A stretch of 64,000 nt of DNA from Planctomycetota bacterium (GTDB taxonomy: Bacteria > Planctomycetota > PLA2 > JAEUHO01). Position numbers and translations under genes: made by a program. Position 1 is the stretch's first letter, and the number at the start of each line of letters is the position of its first letter. Below, in pieces: positions 43,934 through 55,927 of the stretch. The notes under the pieces are model-generated. The model was given only the letters and a program-made list of their open reading frames with translations. It was not told where the DNA came from and searched no databases. The DNA is taken from positions 64,001-128,000 of the forward strand of contig JBFWRP010000010.1 of NCBI GenBank assembly GCA_050248855.1. The letters run 5' to 3'.

Positions 43934-46534
43934 TCACGCCCCGGCGGCTCCATGGCACTTCTTGTACTTCTTGCCCGAGCCGCAGGGACAGGGGTCGTTG
44001 CGCCCCACCTTCGGGGCGTCGCGCTGGATCGGCTGCGGCGGCCCCGAAGGCGTCGAGCCGACCGGCGTGTCGTCGGTGCGACCGGCCGAGGGCGGCGGCG
44101 CCGAGAGCGAAACGCCGGTGCCGTGCTCGGGCGGGGCCACCGGTTCGGCATCCGACCAGCGACCCGCCAGCTCTTCCTCGGCTTGGCGCGAGAAGCGGAC
44201 CTTGACCAGGTGGTCGGTGACCTCCTCGCGGATGCCGTGCATCATCGAGCGGAACATCTTGTGGCCTTCCACCTTGTACTCGACCTTGGGGTCCATCTGA
44301 CCCCAGCTGCGCATGGTGATGCCGGCCTTGAGGCTGTCCATGGCGTGCAGGTGGTCTTTCCAGCGCGCGTCGATGGCGTTGAGCATCAGGAAGTGCTCCA
44401 CGGCGCGCATCTCGTCGGCGCCCAGCTCCTTCTCCCGGCGCTGCCAGGCGTCCTGCGCCTTGGCAAAGAGCTTCTCCACGGTGGCATCCAGGTCCTGGAT
44501 GGAGAGCTCCTCGCCCGTGCAGGCCACGCCGAAGCGGCGGCGGAACCAGCGGGCCACCTCTTCGGCGTCCCGATCGACGAAGGGCACGTGGGAGCCGAAG
44601 GCGTCGTCCACCTTGCGCTCGATCACCTCGCGCACGAAGGCGCGCACGATGCGCACCTGCTCGTCCACGTCGTGGTCGAGCAGGGTGTCGCGCAGGCCGT
44701 AGATCTGCCGGCGCTGCGTGTCCATGACCTCGTCGTACTCGAGGAGGTTCTTGCGGATCTCGAAGTTGCGCGACTCGACCTTCTTCTGCGCCTTGGTGAT
44801 GGCCCGCGTGACCATCGGGCTCTCGATGGCCTCGCCGCCCTTGAGACCCATGCGTTGCAGGATCCGCCCCACCCACTCGGGGGCGAAGATGCGCATCAGG
44901 TCGTCTTCCAGGCTCAGGAAGAAGCGGCTGCTGCCCGGGTCGCCCTGGCGACCGGCGCGACCGCGCAGCTGGTTGTCGATGCGTCGGGACTCGTGGCGCT
45001 CGGTACCGATGATGTGCAGGCCACCCTTCTCGCGGACGCCAGGGCCCAGCAGGATGTCCGTACCGCGACCGGCCATGTTGGTGGCGATGGTCACGGCGCC
45101 GTCGCGGCCGGCCTCGGCGACGATCGTGGCCTCGCGCTCGTGATGCTTGGCGTTGAGCACGACGTGCGCCACGCCGCGGCGCCCCAACATGCCCGACACG
45201 CGCTCGCTCTTCTCGATGCTCGTCGTGCCCACGAGGATCGGCCGACCCGACGCATGGACCCGCTGGATCTCGTCGACGACGGCGGAGAACTTGTCCTTCT
45301 GCGTGGCGTAGATGAGGTCGTCCTGCTCGACGCGCAGCAACGGACGGTTCGTCGGGATGCTGACCACGTCCAGCTTGTAGATCGACCAGAACTCGCCGGC
45401 TTCGGTCATGGCCGTACCGGTCATGCCCGCGAGCTTGTCGTAGAGCTTGAAGAAGTTCTGGTACGTGATGGTGGCAAGCGTCTGGTTCTCGGGCCGGGGG
45501 CGCAGGCCCTCCTTGGCCTCGACCGCCTGGTGCAGGCCATCCGACCAACGACGCCCCTCCATGAGGCGGCCCGTGAACTCGTCGACGATGATGACTTCGC
45601 CTTCCTTGACGACGTAGTGGACGTCCTTCTCGTAGATCCACCGCGCGCGCAGGGCCGTCTCGAGCAGGTGCAGCCACTCGGTCTCGCCCGCGTCGAAGAA
45701 CTTGCGGCCGGCGAGCTCCTCGGCGCGCTCCAGGCCCTCGTCGGTGAGCACGCACTGGTGCTCCTTCTCCTTGACCTCGAAGTGCTCGTCCTTCTTCAGG
45801 CCCCGCGCGATGCGGTTGGCCTCCTCGTAGAGCGCGCGGTCGTCCTCGGCCTGGCCGCTGATGATGAGCGGCGTCCGGGCCTCGTCGATGAGGATGGAGT
45901 CCACCTCGTCGATGACGGCGAAGTGCAGGGGCTTCTGCACCTGCATCTCGCGGGTGACCTTCATGTTGTCACGTAGGTAGTCGAAGCCGAACTCGCTGTT
46001 GGTGCCGTACGTCACGTCGCAGGCGTAGGACGGCTGGCGGTCCCCGCTGTTCATCCACGACTGGATGAACCCGACCGTGAGACCGAGGGCTTCGTAGACC
46101 GGCCCCACCCACTCGGCATCGCGACGCGCCAGGTAGTCGTTGACCGTGACCACGTGCACGCCCTTGCCCGCGAGAGCGTTCAGGTAGACGGCGAGCGTGG
46201 CGACCAACGTCTTGCCCTCGCCCGTGACCATCTCGGCGATCGAACCCTGGTGCAGCACCCAGCCGCCCACCAGCTGGACGTCGAAATGGCGCAAGCCCAG
46301 TGCACGCTTGCTGGCCTCGCGGCAGGCGGCGAATGCCTCGGGCAAGAGGGCATCCAGCGTCTCGCCGTTCGCCAGGCGACGGCGGAACTCCTGGGTCTTG
46401 GCCTTGAGGCCCTTGTCGTCCAGCGCCTGCATGGCGGGCTCGAACGCGTTGATGCGCTCGACGATCGGGAGCACGGACTTGATCACGCGGTCGTTGCGCG
46501 TGCCGAAGACCTTCTTGAGGACGGAGCCGAACAT
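43934..46534 (-). CDS. secA: Preprotein translocase subunit SecA
   Basis: [91 protein letters not shown]. Confidence 0.98.
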   Translation of the reverse strand: MFGSVLKKVFGTRNDRVIKSVLPIVERINAFEPAMQALDDKGLKAKTQEFRRRLANGETLDALLPEAFAACREASKRALGLRHFDVQLVGGWVLHQGSIAEMVTGEGKTLVATLAVYLNALAGKGVHVVTVNDYLARRDAEWVGPVYEALGLTVGFIQSWMNSGDRQPSYACDVTYGTNSEFGFDYLRDNMKVTREMQVQKPLHFAVIDEVDSILIDEARTPLIISGQAEDDRALYEEANRIARGLKKDEHFEVKEKEHQCVLTDEGLERAEELAGRKFFDAGETEWLHLLETALRARWIYEKDVHYVVKEGEVIIVDEFTGRLMEGRRWSDGLHQAVEAKEGLRPRPENQTLATITYQNFFKLYDKLAGMTGTAMTEAGEFWSIYKLDVVSIPTNRPLLRVEQDDLIYATQKDKFSAVVDEIQRVHASGRPILVGTTSIEKSERVSGMLGRRGVAHVVLNAKHHEREATIVAEAGRDGAVTIATNMAGRGTDILLGPGVREKGGLHIIGTERHESRRIDNQLRGRAGRQGDPGSSRFFLSLEDDLMRIFAPEWVGRILQRMGLKGGEAIESPMVTRAITKAQKKVESRNFEIRKNLLEYDEVMDTQRRQIYGLRDTLLDHDVDEQVRIVRAFVREVIERKVDDAFGSHVPFVDRDAEEVARWFRRRFGVACTGEELSIQDLDATVEKLFAKAQDAWQRREKELGADEMRAVEHFLMLNAIDARWKDHLHAMDSLKAGITMRSWGQMDPKVEYKVEGHKMFRSMMHGIREEVTDHLVKVRFSRQAEEELAGRWSDAEPVAPPEHGTGVSLSAPPPSAGRTDDTPVGSTPSGPPQPIQRDAPKVGRNDPCPCGSGKKYKKCHGAAGA

Positions 46535-46615
46535 CGTGGAGGGGCACCTCGGGGTCGGAGGAGGGAGGACCGGGGCAGGCGCGAGGACCGCCACGGCCGG
46601 GGAGGCGACGCGCGG

Positions 46616-47575
46616 TCAGCCGGGCATCTCCAACGTGCCGACGACCTCGCGCAAGGCCCCTGCCCCCAGCTCCGCGAGCCGGGACGGAAGCCCGTCGAGC
46701 ACGTCCAGCACGGCGGTCGGACGGTAGAACGTCGCGGTGCCCACCTGGATGGCGCTGGCACCGGCAACGAAGAACTCCATGGCGTCGTCGGCGTCCTGGA
46801 TGCCGCCGATGCCGATGATCGGCACGCCCACCGTCTCGTACAGCAGGCGCACGAGGCGCAGCGCGAGCGGCTTGATCGCCGGGCCGGAGAGCCCGCCGTA
46901 CCCGCGGCCCAGCACGGGACGCCGACGGCGCCAGTCGATGGCCATGCCGACGTAGGTGTTGATGGCGCTGATGGCGGTGGCGCCCCCCGCGACGACCGCC
47001 TCGGCGATCGGGCGGATGTCGGTGACGTTGGGCGACAGCTTGGCGATCAGCGGCAGGTCGGTGAGGGCGCGCACGCGCTCGACGAGCTTCCTGGCCAGCA
47101 CGGGGTCCGTGCTGAAGTCCAAGCCGCGCGCCACGTTGGGGCAGGACATGTTCAGCTCGAGGGCGGCCACGCCGCGCTCGCGGGCGAAGCGCTCGGAGAG
47201 GGTGGCGAAGTCCTCCAGGTCGTGCCCGGCGACGTTGACCACCAGCGGCGTGCCCAAGTCGCGCAGCTGCGGCAGCACGTCGCGGATCCACACGTCGGCG
47301 CCGGGGTTGGCCAGCCCGATCGAGTTGAGCAGCCCCCCCGCCGTCTCGGCGAGGCGCGGTGGCGGGTTCCCGGCCCGCGGCGCGCTCGTGATGGTCTTCA
47401 CGACCAAGCAGCCCAGGCGCGAGAAGTCGACGAAGGCCTGGGCCTCGAGGCCCTTGCCGAAGGTCCCCGAGCCGGTGCCGACGGGGTTGGCCAGCTCGAG
47501 CGAGCCCAGCCGCACGCGCAGGTCCACCGCCGTCGTGGCCGGGGCGGCAGGTCGTTCCCCGGCCGACGCGCTCAC
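46616..47575 (-). CDS. pyrD: Dihydroorotate dehydrogenase, family 1 catalytic subunit
   Basis: GSGTFG, GNPPPRLAET, NSIGLANPG, ELNMSCPN, KLSPNVTDI, GGLSGPAIKP; GTG 47575 overlaps lspA stop. Confidence 0.94.
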   Translation of the reverse strand: MSASAGERPAAPATTAVDLRVRLGSLELANPVGTGSGTFGKGLEAQAFVDFSRLGCLVVKTITSAPRAGNPPPRLAETAGGLLNSIGLANPGADVWIRDVLPQLRDLGTPLVVNVAGHDLEDFATLSERFARERGVAALELNMSCPNVARGLDFSTDPVLARKLVERVRALTDLPLIAKLSPNVTDIRPIAEAVVAGGATAISAINTYVGMAIDWRRRRPVLGRGYGGLSGPAIKPLALRLVRLLYETVGVPIIGIGGIQDADDAMEFFVAGASAIQVGTATFYRPTAVLDVLDGLPSRLAELGAGALREVVGTLEMPG

Positions 47576-48165
47576 GAGGCGCTGCCCGCGGCGGCCGCCC
47601 GCTTGGCGGCCCGCGCCTTGTCGCGCTTGGCCGTGCTGCCGAACAGGGCGTCCCACATCACGAAGCCGACGCCCACGACGATCAGGCTGTCCGCGATGTT
47701 GAAGTTGGGCCACTTGAACGACTCGGCGCCGGGCTCGCCCGTGTAGACGAGGATGAAGTCGCGCACCTTGGACCAATGCCAGCGGTCCCAGAGGTTGCCG
47801 AGCGCCCCGCCGAGGATCATGGCCAGACCTACGTGCAGGAGGCGGCTGGGATTGCGGGTGGCGAGCAGCCAGGCCAGGAGGGCGAGGGTGGCCACGCCCG
47901 TGAGCGCCAGGATCTCGGTGGTGCGGTGCGCCGCCAGCCCGAAGGTGACGCCGGGGTTCCAGGCGCCCTCCCAGGCGAGGAACCCCTCGATCACCTCGAC
48001 CCGCTGGGCGGCGGAGGGCACCGTGGGATCGGCATCCATCCCGAGGTAGTCCTCGAACCAGGCCTTGGACCCCAGGTCGGCCACCAGCCCCACGACGAGG
48101 ACGAGCAGGGCAACCACCTTCAGGGTGCCGGAGGCGGTGGCATCGAGGTCGGGGGCGGTGTTCAT
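47572..48165 (-). CDS. lspA: Lipoprotein signal peptidase II
   Basis: DLGSK, NPGVTFG, GGALGNLWDR, VRDFI, WPNFNIADS. Confidence 0.95.
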   Translation of the reverse strand: MNTAPDLDATASGTLKVVALLVLVVGLVADLGSKAWFEDYLGMDADPTVPSAAQRVEVIEGFLAWEGAWNPGVTFGLAAHRTTEILALTGVATLALLAWLLATRNPSRLLHVGLAMILGGALGNLWDRWHWSKVRDFILVYTGEPGAESFKWPNFNIADSLIVVGVGFVMWDALFGSTAKRDKARAAKRAAAAGSAS

Positions 48166-48269
48166 GGGCGGGCGGAGGATACGCCTCCCCGGGGCGCTGC
48201 CCAAGGCGGGGGCCGGGGCTCGGGCCTTCAGGTGCGGGGCCCGGGGACCGTACTTCGGAGGGGAGGCCC

Positions 48270-49196
48270 ATGGCCGGCAACCATCCCCACGACCCCGCTT
48301 CCTTGCTGGAGGCCTGGCTTGACCACCTGCGCGTCGAGCGCGGTGTCTCGCCGCACACCCTCTCCGCCTACAGCGGGGACGTCCGGCGAGTGCTGGCCGC
48401 CGTGGGCATCTCCGGGGATCGTCTCCACGAGGCGGGCGCGCTGGCCGATCTCGACGAGCCCGCGTTGCTCGGCTGGCTCGGTACCGAGCGGCGGCGGGGC
48501 GCCGCGGCGACCAGCCTCGGCCGACGGCTCTCGGCGCTCCGCGGCTACTTGGCCTTCGCGTCCAGCCTCGGCGCGTTGACGGGCGACCCGACGCGCCACC
48601 TCCCCTCGGGCCGGCGCTGGGAGCGGCTGCCCAAGGCCTGGACGCGCGAGCAGGTCGAACGCCTGCTCGAGGGCGTCCGCGGCGACGAGGCGCTGGCGCT
48701 TCGCGATCGGGCGCTGCTCGAAGTGCTCTACGCCTCGGGCGCGCGCGTGGCCGAAGTCGTGGGCGCCGAGCTCAAGGACCTGCGTGCCGGCGACCGCATG
48801 CTGCGGCTCCACGGCAAGGGGGGCAAGACACGCTGGGCGCCGCTCGGCGAGCAGGCGCTCGAGCACCTCGAGACGTGGCTTGCCCGCGGCCGACCGCGCC
48901 TCGTGGGCGGCACCGACCCGGGCACGATCTTCCTCTCGCGCTCGGGCCGACCGCTGGACCGCCACCGCGTGTTCCGGATGGTGCGTGAACGCGCGGTGGC
49001 CGCCGGACTTCCCGGCGCCCTCTCCCCCCACACGCTTCGCCACTCGTTCGCCACGCACCTCGTCGCCGGCGGCGCCGACCTCCGCGTGGTCCAGGAGCTC
49101 CTCGGCCACGCCAGTGTCCAGACCACGCAGGTCTACACCCACGTCGACCCCGAGCGCCTGAAGCAGGTCCACACCAAGTTCCACCCGCGCGCGTAG
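48270..49196 (+). CDS. xerD: Tyrosine recombinase XerD/XerC
   Basis: VERGVSPHTLSAYSGD, LPK, RDRALLEVLYASGARVAE, GKGGK, SPHTLRHSFATHL, QELLGH, TQVYTHV. Confidence 0.9.
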   Translation: MAGNHPHDPASLLEAWLDHLRVERGVSPHTLSAYSGDVRRVLAAVGISGDRLHEAGALADLDEPALLGWLGTERRRGAAATSLGRRLSALRGYLAFASSLGALTGDPTRHLPSGRRWERLPKAWTREQVERLLEGVRGDEALALRDRALLEVLYASGARVAEVVGAELKDLRAGDRMLRLHGKGGKTRWAPLGEQALEHLETWLARGRPRLVGGTDPGTIFLSRSGRPLDRHRVFRMVRERAVAAGLPGALSPHTLRHSFATHLVAGGADLRVVQELLGHASVQTTQVYTHVDPERLKQVHTKFHPRA

Positions 49197-49281
49197 CACG
49201 GCGTCGGCTCGCGGTGCAGGCGGCGCCGGTCCGAATTCCTCGTTCCTGCCGGTGACGCGGCGTTCGCTGGGAGCGCGATTC

Positions 49282-49686
49282 CTAGCCTCGCCAGAGGGCG
49301 AGCTGGCAGACCCTCCGCATGTGTTGGAAGTCCGCGTCCGTCGTCATGAGCGTGAGGTCGTGACGCAGGCACAGCTGGGCCAAGAGTGCGTCGATCGTCC
49401 CGACTTCGATGCCCCGGCGTCGGCAGGCGTTGCGCAGACCTGCTGCCTCCACATGGTCCATGCGGTCGGGGACGACCACGGGAATCGCAGCGAAGTCATC
49501 GACGATGCGCTGCTTGGCCCGCGGCCCATGGAATCCCTGCAAGAGCTCTTGGAGCACGAGGCCTGTCGTGAAGACCAAGTCTCCGCCCTCGAGCGCATCG
49601 CGCAACGCATCGACCTCGGGCGAGTGCGGTGCGGCATCTCGGCGGAGGGCCAGCGACCAGACACTCGTGTCGACGAGGAGCCTCAC
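49282..49686 (-). CDS. vapC: VapC family PIN-domain toxin
   Basis: LLVDTSVW, LQELLQG, TIDALLA, TTDADF acidic PIN residues. Confidence 0.9.
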   Translation of the reverse strand: MRLLVDTSVWSLALRRDAAPHSPEVDALRDALEGGDLVFTTGLVLQELLQGFHGPRAKQRIVDDFAAIPVVVPDRMDHVEAAGLRNACRRRGIEVGTIDALLAQLCLRHDLTLMTTDADFQHMRRVCQLALWRG

Positions 49687-49727
49687 GCAACGGTCTCACG
49701 AAGGCATCTCGGCCTCACGCAGCCACC

Positions 49728-49928
49728 TCACCCACGCTCTCGCTCGGCCTTGTAGTCGTAGGACGGATCCCACTCCAAGGCCCCGAAGAGCTCCAGCACC
49801 TTCTTCTGCTCCCGGCGGGCAATGAACTCCTCCAGGGCCCGCGTCACCGCAGCCTTCTTCGTTCGTTCGCCGCTTACGGCGAGAGCGCGATCGATGAGAC
49901 CGGGGTCGATGTCGAGGTTGGTAGCCAT
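49728..49928 (-). CDS. vapB: VapB family antitoxin (DUF2191-like, RHH)
   Basis: MATNLDIDPGLIDRAL...RTKKAAVTRALEEFI...WDPSYDYKAER; upstream of vapC. Confidence 0.88.
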   Translation of the reverse strand: MATNLDIDPGLIDRALAVSGERTKKAAVTRALEEFIARREQKKVLELFGALEWDPSYDYKAERERG

Positions 49929-49957
49929 GTGTGATAGCCTACACAGCATTTCACACA
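49928..49957 (-). promoter_or_regulatory. vapBC operator/promoter: inverted repeat TGTGTGA-N16-TCACACA enclosing an extended -10 (TGTGTAGGCT)
   Basis: IR arms 49928-34 and 49951-57; TAGGCT at 49941-49936, 7 nt before ATG. Confidence 0.65.
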
Positions 49958-50065
49958 GACTCGAGCTGGCGATCGGACCGGCCGTGGGCCGCGTGACGCG
50001 GTGGGCTCCGGGCGCCCCGCGCGCGCCGGTCCCCCTCGGGGGAGCGGGAGCGTAGGCTCCCCGGC

Positions 50066-50731
50066 ATGCAGCTCTTCCTCGATACCGCCGACGTCGACGC
50101 CATCCGCCGCTACGCCTCGTGGGGCGTGATCGACGGCGTCACGACCAACCCCTCCCTGATCGCCCGCTCGGGGCGCGTGTTCGAGGAGGTGATCGAGGAG
50201 ATCTGCTCGATCGTGGACGGGCCGATCAGCGCCGAGGTCACGGCGCTCGAGGCCGCGGGCATGGTCGAGGAGGGCGAGCGCCTCGCCGGCATCCACCCCA
50301 ACGTGGTGGTCAAGGTGCCGCTGATTCCCGAGGGCCTCAAGGCCACCAAGGCGCTCTCGGCCCGCGGCATCCGCACCAACGTCACGCTCTGCTTCTCGCC
50401 GACGCAGGCGCTGTTGGCCGCCAAGGCCGGCGCGACGATGGTCAGTCCCTTCATTGGGCGGCTCGACGACCGCGGCGAGCGCGGTATGGCCCTTGTCGAG
50501 GACATCGTCACGACGTTCCGCGCCTACCCGCGCATCACGACGCAGGTGCTCGTGGCCAGCACGCGCCACGCCGACCACGTGCGGCAGGCCATGCTGCTCG
50601 GCGCCGACATCTCCACCGTGCCACCCAAGCTGCTCGACCAGATGGTTGCGCACGACCTCACGGACAAGGGCCTCGCCGCCTTCCTCGAGGACTGGAAGCA
50701 GGCGCGTACGGCGGTGCCGCAGCACGCCTAG
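50066..50731 (+). CDS. tal: Transaldolase / fructose-6-phosphate aldolase family (short type)
   Basis: [47 protein letters not shown]. Confidence 0.93.
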   Translation: MQLFLDTADVDAIRRYASWGVIDGVTTNPSLIARSGRVFEEVIEEICSIVDGPISAEVTALEAAGMVEEGERLAGIHPNVVVKVPLIPEGLKATKALSARGIRTNVTLCFSPTQALLAAKAGATMVSPFIGRLDDRGERGMALVEDIVTTFRAYPRITTQVLVASTRHADHVRQAMLLGADISTVPPKLLDQMVAHDLTDKGLAAFLEDWKQARTAVPQHA

Positions 50732-52566
50732 GCACCCCCCTCCTCCAGCCGCTCGCGGATGCGGCGCGCCACGTGCTCGCCGATCCCAGGCAGTGCTGCC
50801 ACGTCCTCGAACGGGGCGCTGCGGATGGCCTCCACGCTTCCGAAGTGCGTGAGCAGGCGCCGACGCCGCGCGGGGCCGACGCCGGGGATGCCGTCGAGCG
50901 CGCTGGTGGAGAGCGTCTTGCCGCGGCGCGTGCGCTGGTAGCGACCTGCGAAGCGGTGGGCTTCGTCGCGCACGCGCACGAGGAGGCGAAGCGCGGGGTC
51001 GTCAGGCGCCAGCACGAGGGGCTCCTCATGCCCGAGGCGCACGATGCGCTCGTCGCTGCGCTGGGCGCCGCGCGTGCGGGCCTTGGCCAAGCCCACCATC
51101 GGCGGCACGGCCAACCCGAGCGCCTCGAACGCCGCGGCGGCGGCCTCGAGCTGGCCGCGACCGCCGTCGATCAGCAGCAGGTCGGGGAGCGCGCCCAGGT
51201 GCTCTCCCGCCGCGAAGCGTCGGCCCACGACTTCGCGCATGCCCGCGTAGTCGTCGCCGCCCGCGGCCTCGCGGATCGCGAAGTGGCGGTAGGCGGCGCT
51301 GTCGGCCACGCCCCCCACCAACACCGACATGCCCGCCACCGGGTCGGTGCCGCGTAGGTGCGAGAGGTCGTAGCCCTCGATGCGCTCCGGCGGCGCGTCG
51401 AGCTCCAGCACCTCCGCCAGGCGGCGCAGCGCCCCTTGGGCGGCGCGGGCCTTCTCGCCGTGCTCCTGCAGCGCTTGCTGCGCATGGCGCTGCGCGAGGT
51501 CCAGCAGCTCGCGGCCCGTGCCGCGGCGCGGGACCGCGATCGAAACGGGCCGCCCACGCCACTCGGCGAGCAGCTCGCCCAGGCCCTCGACGTCGTCGGG
51601 CAGCTCCTCCACGAGGACCTCGGCGGGGACGACCTTGCCGCCGGCGTAGAACTGGCCCAGGAGGGCGCCCAGCACGTCGCGCCGCGGCAGCGTCGTGCGC
51701 TCGGGCCACGCGCGCGTGGCCACGACGTGGCCATCGCGCACGTAAACGATGGCGATCATCGTGACGCCGCCTGCCGCGGCCACCGCGATCACGTCGCGGT
51801 CCTTGCCGTCGGGGCTCACGACCTCCTGGCGGGCGAGCGCGCCTTCCAGCGCGTCCGCGCGATCCCGCAGCACGGCGGCCTTCTCGAACTCGAGCCGCTC
51901 GGCCGCGGCGTGCATCTCGCGACGCAGCTCGTCGAGCAGGCCGTCGTCGCGGCCGCGCAGGACGGCGACCGTGCCGTCCACCAGGGCCTTGTAAGCCGGC
52001 TCGTCGACAAGGCCCACGCACGGCGCCGCACAGCGCCCGATCTGGTGATACAGGCAGGGCCGCGTGCGCTCTTCCAGCTCGCGGTCGCTGCATGTACGCA
52101 GGGGGAACAGGGTGCGCAGGAAGCGCAGGGTGCGACGCACCGACTTGGCGCTGGCGAACGGCCCCAGGTAGAGCGCCTTGTCGCGCTTGACCTTGCGCAC
52201 CAGGGTGAGGCGCGGGAAGGGGTGCCGACGGTCCACGCGGACCAGCAGATACGCCTTGTCGTCCTTGAGCCGCAGGTTGTAGGGCGGCTTCTCCTGCTTG
52301 ATGAGCGTGTTCTCGAGGAGCAACGCCTCCTCGGGCGTCGCCGTGGGCACGACGGACACGTCCACGGCGCGTCGCATGAGCAGGCGCACGAGATGGCGAC
52401 CGTCGCCTGCGCCGAGGTAGCCGCGCACGCGGCTGCGCAGGTTGGCCGCCTTGCCCACGTAGAGCACGCGCCCGTGCGCGTCGAGCCAGCGGTACACACC
52501 CGGGCCCGTGGGCAGGTTGGCGACGCGGCGCTTGAGCTCGTCGGACGGGGCGGGGCTCGCGCTCAC
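50728..52566 (-). CDS. uvrC: Excinuclease ABC subunit C
   Basis: GIY-YIG PGVY...YVGKA, Cys cluster [50 protein letters not shown], HhH. Confidence 0.96.
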   Translation of the reverse strand: MSASPAPSDELKRRVANLPTGPGVYRWLDAHGRVLYVGKAANLRSRVRGYLGAGDGRHLVRLLMRRAVDVSVVPTATPEEALLLENTLIKQEKPPYNLRLKDDKAYLLVRVDRRHPFPRLTLVRKVKRDKALYLGPFASAKSVRRTLRFLRTLFPLRTCSDRELEERTRPCLYHQIGRCAAPCVGLVDEPAYKALVDGTVAVLRGRDDGLLDELRREMHAAAERLEFEKAAVLRDRADALEGALARQEVVSPDGKDRDVIAVAAAGGVTMIAIVYVRDGHVVATRAWPERTTLPRRDVLGALLGQFYAGGKVVPAEVLVEELPDDVEGLGELLAEWRGRPVSIAVPRRGTGRELLDLAQRHAQQALQEHGEKARAAQGALRRLAEVLELDAPPERIEGYDLSHLRGTDPVAGMSVLVGGVADSAAYRHFAIREAAGGDDYAGMREVVGRRFAAGEHLGALPDLLLIDGGRGQLEAAAAAFEALGLAVPPMVGLAKARTRGAQRSDERIVRLGHEEPLVLAPDDPALRLLVRVRDEAHRFAGRYQRTRRGKTLSTSALDGIPGVGPARRRRLLTHFGSVEAIRSAPFEDVAALPGIGEHVARRIRERLEEGGA

Positions 52567-52573
52567 GGGCGGC

Positions 52574-54688
52574 TCACGCGTCCTCGTTGGCCGAGGCCTC
52601 CACGCCTTCCTCGCCCGAGCCACGCAGCAACAGCAGGCGCTCGGCCCGGCGCAGCTGGTCGCGCAGCTTGGCTGCATCCTCGAAGCGCAGCTCCTGGGCC
52701 GCTTGGCGCATCTCGGCCTCCAAGCGCGCACGCTCGGCGGCCAGCGCCTTGGAGCCCTTGGGCATGGCTTGGGCCCCGGCCTCGGCCAGCTCGACGTAGT
52801 CGCGCTCGGCGTAGACCTCCCCCACCGTGTCCCGCACCGCCCGCCGCGCCGATGTCGGCGTGACACCGTGCTCGGTGTTCCACGCCGTCTGCCGGCTGCG
52901 TCGGCGCTCCATCTCGGAGAGCGCCCGGCGCATCGAGTCGGTGACCGTGTCGGCGTAGAAGAGCACGCGTCCGTTCACGTTGCGGGCCGCGCGCCCCGAG
53001 ACCTGCACCAGGCTGGTCTCGCTGCGCAGGAACCCCTCCTTGTCGGCGTCGAGCACCGCCACGAGCGTGACCTCGGGCAGGTCCAGACCCTCGCGCAACA
53101 GGTTGATGCCCACGAGCACGTCGAAGAGCCCCAACCGGAGGTCCTTGAGGATCTCGGCACGCTCGAGCGTGCTGATGTCGCTGTGCATGTAGCGGGCCTT
53201 CACCCCGATCTCGGTCAGGTGCTCCGTCAGGTCCTCCGCCATGCGCTTGGTGAGGGTGGTCACGAGGACGCGCTCGTCCGCTGCGACGCGCTTGCGCACC
53301 TCTTCCAGCAGGTCGTCGACCTGCCCGCGCGCCGGGCGCACCTCCACGGGCGGGTCGACCAGCCCGGTGGGGCGGATCACCTGTTCCACGATGTGCGGGC
53401 CGGCCTGCAGCTTCTCCCAGGCGCCGGGCGTGGCGCTGACGAACAGCGTGCGGTCCACGCGCTCCCAGAACTCCTCGCCCGTGAGAGGTCGGTTGTCCAA
53501 GGCCGACGGCAGGCGGAAGCCGTACTCCACGAGGTTCAGCTTGCGGCGGCGGTCCCCGGCGTACATGCCGCCGATCTGCGGCACGGCCACATGGCTCTCG
53601 TCCACCACCAGCAGGAAGTCCTCGGGCAGGTAGTCGAGCAGCGTGGCCGGCGCCTCGCCCGGTCGACGCCCGTCCAGATGCCGCGAGTAGTTCTCGATGC
53701 CCGGACAGAATCCGGTCTCCCGCAGCAGCTCGAGGTCGTAGCGCACGCGACGGGCCAGACGGTCTGCCTCGACGATCTTCTCGGCGCGGCGTAGCTCCAC
53801 CAGGCGCTTGTCGAGCTCGAGGCGGATGCCCTCGATCGCGGACTGCAGCGCCTCCTCGCTGTTCATGTAGTGGCTCGACGGGAAGAACGAGGCGGCGGGC
53901 CGGCGGCCCAGGACCTCGCCCGTCACCAGGTCGACTTCCTCGATGCGCTCCACCTCGTCTCCGAACCACTCGATGCGCAGCACGCGGTCGTCGGCATCGG
54001 CCGGCCCGACCTCGACCACGTCGCCGCGCACGCGGAAGCGCCCGCGCCCCGGCTCCATGTCGTGGCGCTCGTAGCGGATGCGCACGAGGCGTCGCAGGAA
54101 CACGTCGCGATCGATGCGGTCGCCCTCCTCGACCCACACGTGGTAGTCGCGGTAGGCGTCGGGCGAGCCCAGGCCGTAGATGCAGCTGACGCTGGCCACG
54201 ATCAGCACGTCGCGCCGGGTCAGGGCGCTCTTGGTGGCGGCGTGCCGCATGCGATCGATGCGGTCGTTGATGCTGGCGTCCTTCTCGATGTAGACGTCGC
54301 GCGTCGGAAGGTAGGCCTCGGGCTGGTAGTAGTCGTAGAAGCTGACGAAGTACTCGACCGCGTTGTGCGGGAAGAGCTCGCGCATCTCGTCGAACAGCTG
54401 CGCGGCCAACGTCTTGTTGGGGGCCAAGAGCAGCGTCGGTCGGTCCAGCTGCGCCACGACGTTGGCTACCGTGAACGTCTTGCCCGAGCCTGTCACGCCC
54501 AGCAGCACCTGCCGGCGCACGCCGTCGTGGTCGGCCTGGACGAGGGCACGGATGGCCGCCTCCTGGTCGCCCGAGGGGACGAAGCGGGTCGTCAGGCGGA
54601 AGCCCGCGGGCGTGCCCGGCGGCGGGCGCTCGCCGCCGCGACGCGCGGCCCCCGAGCCGGCGGACGGGTCGTCGGCCGCGGGGCGCAT
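52574..54688 (-). CDS. uvrB: Excinuclease ABC subunit B
   Basis: [63 protein letters not shown]. Confidence 0.98.
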   Translation of the reverse strand: MRPAADDPSAGSGAARRGGERPPPGTPAGFRLTTRFVPSGDQEAAIRALVQADHDGVRRQVLLGVTGSGKTFTVANVVAQLDRPTLLLAPNKTLAAQLFDEMRELFPHNAVEYFVSFYDYYQPEAYLPTRDVYIEKDASINDRIDRMRHAATKSALTRRDVLIVASVSCIYGLGSPDAYRDYHVWVEEGDRIDRDVFLRRLVRIRYERHDMEPGRGRFRVRGDVVEVGPADADDRVLRIEWFGDEVERIEEVDLVTGEVLGRRPAASFFPSSHYMNSEEALQSAIEGIRLELDKRLVELRRAEKIVEADRLARRVRYDLELLRETGFCPGIENYSRHLDGRRPGEAPATLLDYLPEDFLLVVDESHVAVPQIGGMYAGDRRRKLNLVEYGFRLPSALDNRPLTGEEFWERVDRTLFVSATPGAWEKLQAGPHIVEQVIRPTGLVDPPVEVRPARGQVDDLLEEVRKRVAADERVLVTTLTKRMAEDLTEHLTEIGVKARYMHSDISTLERAEILKDLRLGLFDVLVGINLLREGLDLPEVTLVAVLDADKEGFLRSETSLVQVSGRAARNVNGRVLFYADTVTDSMRRALSEMERRRSRQTAWNTEHGVTPTSARRAVRDTVGEVYAERDYVELAEAGAQAMPKGSKALAAERARLEAEMRQAAQELRFEDAAKLRDQLRRAERLLLLRGSGEEGVEASANEDA

Positions 54689-54701
54689 GGCCGGGGCCCG
54701 C

Positions 54702-55844
54702 TCAGCGTTCGGCGGCGGCCGCCGCGTCGGCCTCGGCGTCGCGCTCGGCCTGCTCGCGGGCGGCGCCATCGTGGAACGCGTCCCACGGCGGCAGCGGGTC
54801 GTTCTTCCAGTAGCCCTCTTGCCACCAGAGCGTCCAGCGCTTGGCCACAGCCATCACCGTGCTCCCCGGCGTGTTGTGGCGCAGCGGGTCTTCCATCTCG
54901 AAGCGGCGCTCCATCCAGCCGTCGATCTTGCGCAGCGTGCTGTCCACGGCCGCGGCGATGGAGCGGAACTCGTTGTTGCGCGGGCCGTCTTCGAAGTTGT
55001 TCGATTCGTCGGCCAGGCGCTTGAACTCGCTGACGAGGCGCACGGCCACCGGGCGGCCCTGCTTGACGAACCACTCTTCGGCCTCGCGACCGTCGCGTCC
55101 ACCGCGGCGGATGCCCTCGATGTGCGTGTCGGCCTCGGTGCGGATGGCCGCGTCGACCTCCTCGGGCCAGTCGAACACCTGGAGCTCGACGCGGTTGGCG
55201 TTGAGGCGAGGCTTGCGCGACGTGCCGCCGGACGTGGTGTTCGGCGGCGGGACGTTCGGGGGCGGTGCGGCGGGCGTGGTACCCGTCGGCGCTGGCGCGG
55301 GGCCTGCGGTGCCGGTGGGCAGGGGCGTGCCCGGCAGCGGAGCGGGCGTCGGGCCTCCGGGCAGCGGCGCGACCGTGGTGCCGCTCGTGCCACTTCCGGA
55401 CGCCGTTTCCGTGGTGGTGGTCGTGTCGTCCTTCTTGCCCTGGAGCGCGATGACCGCCACGATCGCGCCGACCACGAGGGCGGCGATCAGCAGGATGAGC
55501 CCCGTGGGGCTGCCCTGCTTGCGTGCGTGACGACTGCGGCGCCCCCCGTCGTCCTGGTCGTCGTAGTCGTCCTGGCGGGAGCGACCCCGCGAGCGGGAGG
55601 GGGCCGCCGAGCGGGAGGGGGCCGCCGAGCGGGAGGGCGCGCTGCGCACCCCCGAAGCCCGACCGCGCGAGCTGCCGCGGCGCGAGGGGGCCGCGGGGGC
55701 GGCCGGCGCCGCGGGCGCCGCGCGCCCGCCGAAGTCGGACAAGTCCATGACCGTGCCGCAGCTGGTGCAGGCGAACGTCGCCGGCGGGTTGGGCGGCAGA
55801 CGGAACCGCTTCTCGCACGACGGACACTGGACGACCTGGGACAT
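54702..55844 (-). CDS. Zinc-ribbon (MJ0042-like) single-pass membrane protein
   Basis: [16 protein letters not shown]...FACTSCG; low-complexity linker with 18-bp repeats (APSRSA x3); [27 protein letters not shown] before ATG 55844. Confidence 0.8.
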   Translation of the reverse strand: MSQVVQCPSCEKRFRLPPNPPATFACTSCGTVMDLSDFGGRAAPAAPAAPAAPSRRGSSRGRASGVRSAPSRSAAPSRSAAPSRSRGRSRQDDYDDQDDGGRRSRHARKQGSPTGLILLIAALVVGAIVAVIALQGKKDDTTTTTETASGSGTSGTTVAPLPGGPTPAPLPGTPLPTGTAGPAPAPTGTTPAAPPPNVPPPNTTSGGTSRKPRLNANRVELQVFDWPEEVDAAIRTEADTHIEGIRRGGRDGREAEEWFVKQGRPVAVRLVSEFKRLADESNNFEDGPRNNEFRSIAAAVDSTLRKIDGWMERRFEMEDPLRHNTPGSTVMAVAKRWTLWWQEGYWKNDPLPPWDAFHDGAAREQAERDAEADAAAAAER

Positions 55845-55927
55845 GGGCACCTCGCTACGACGGGGTCGGGCGAAGCATCCTACCTGCCGTGGAGGCGTCC
55901 AGGTGCGGAGCCCCGTAGAGTGGGCGC

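Noticed and set aside
48270..49196. Phage or island integrase marking a mobile element with vapBC
   Set aside because: Size and motifs fit housekeeping XerD/C; flanks are core genes; no att repeats or mobility genes seen
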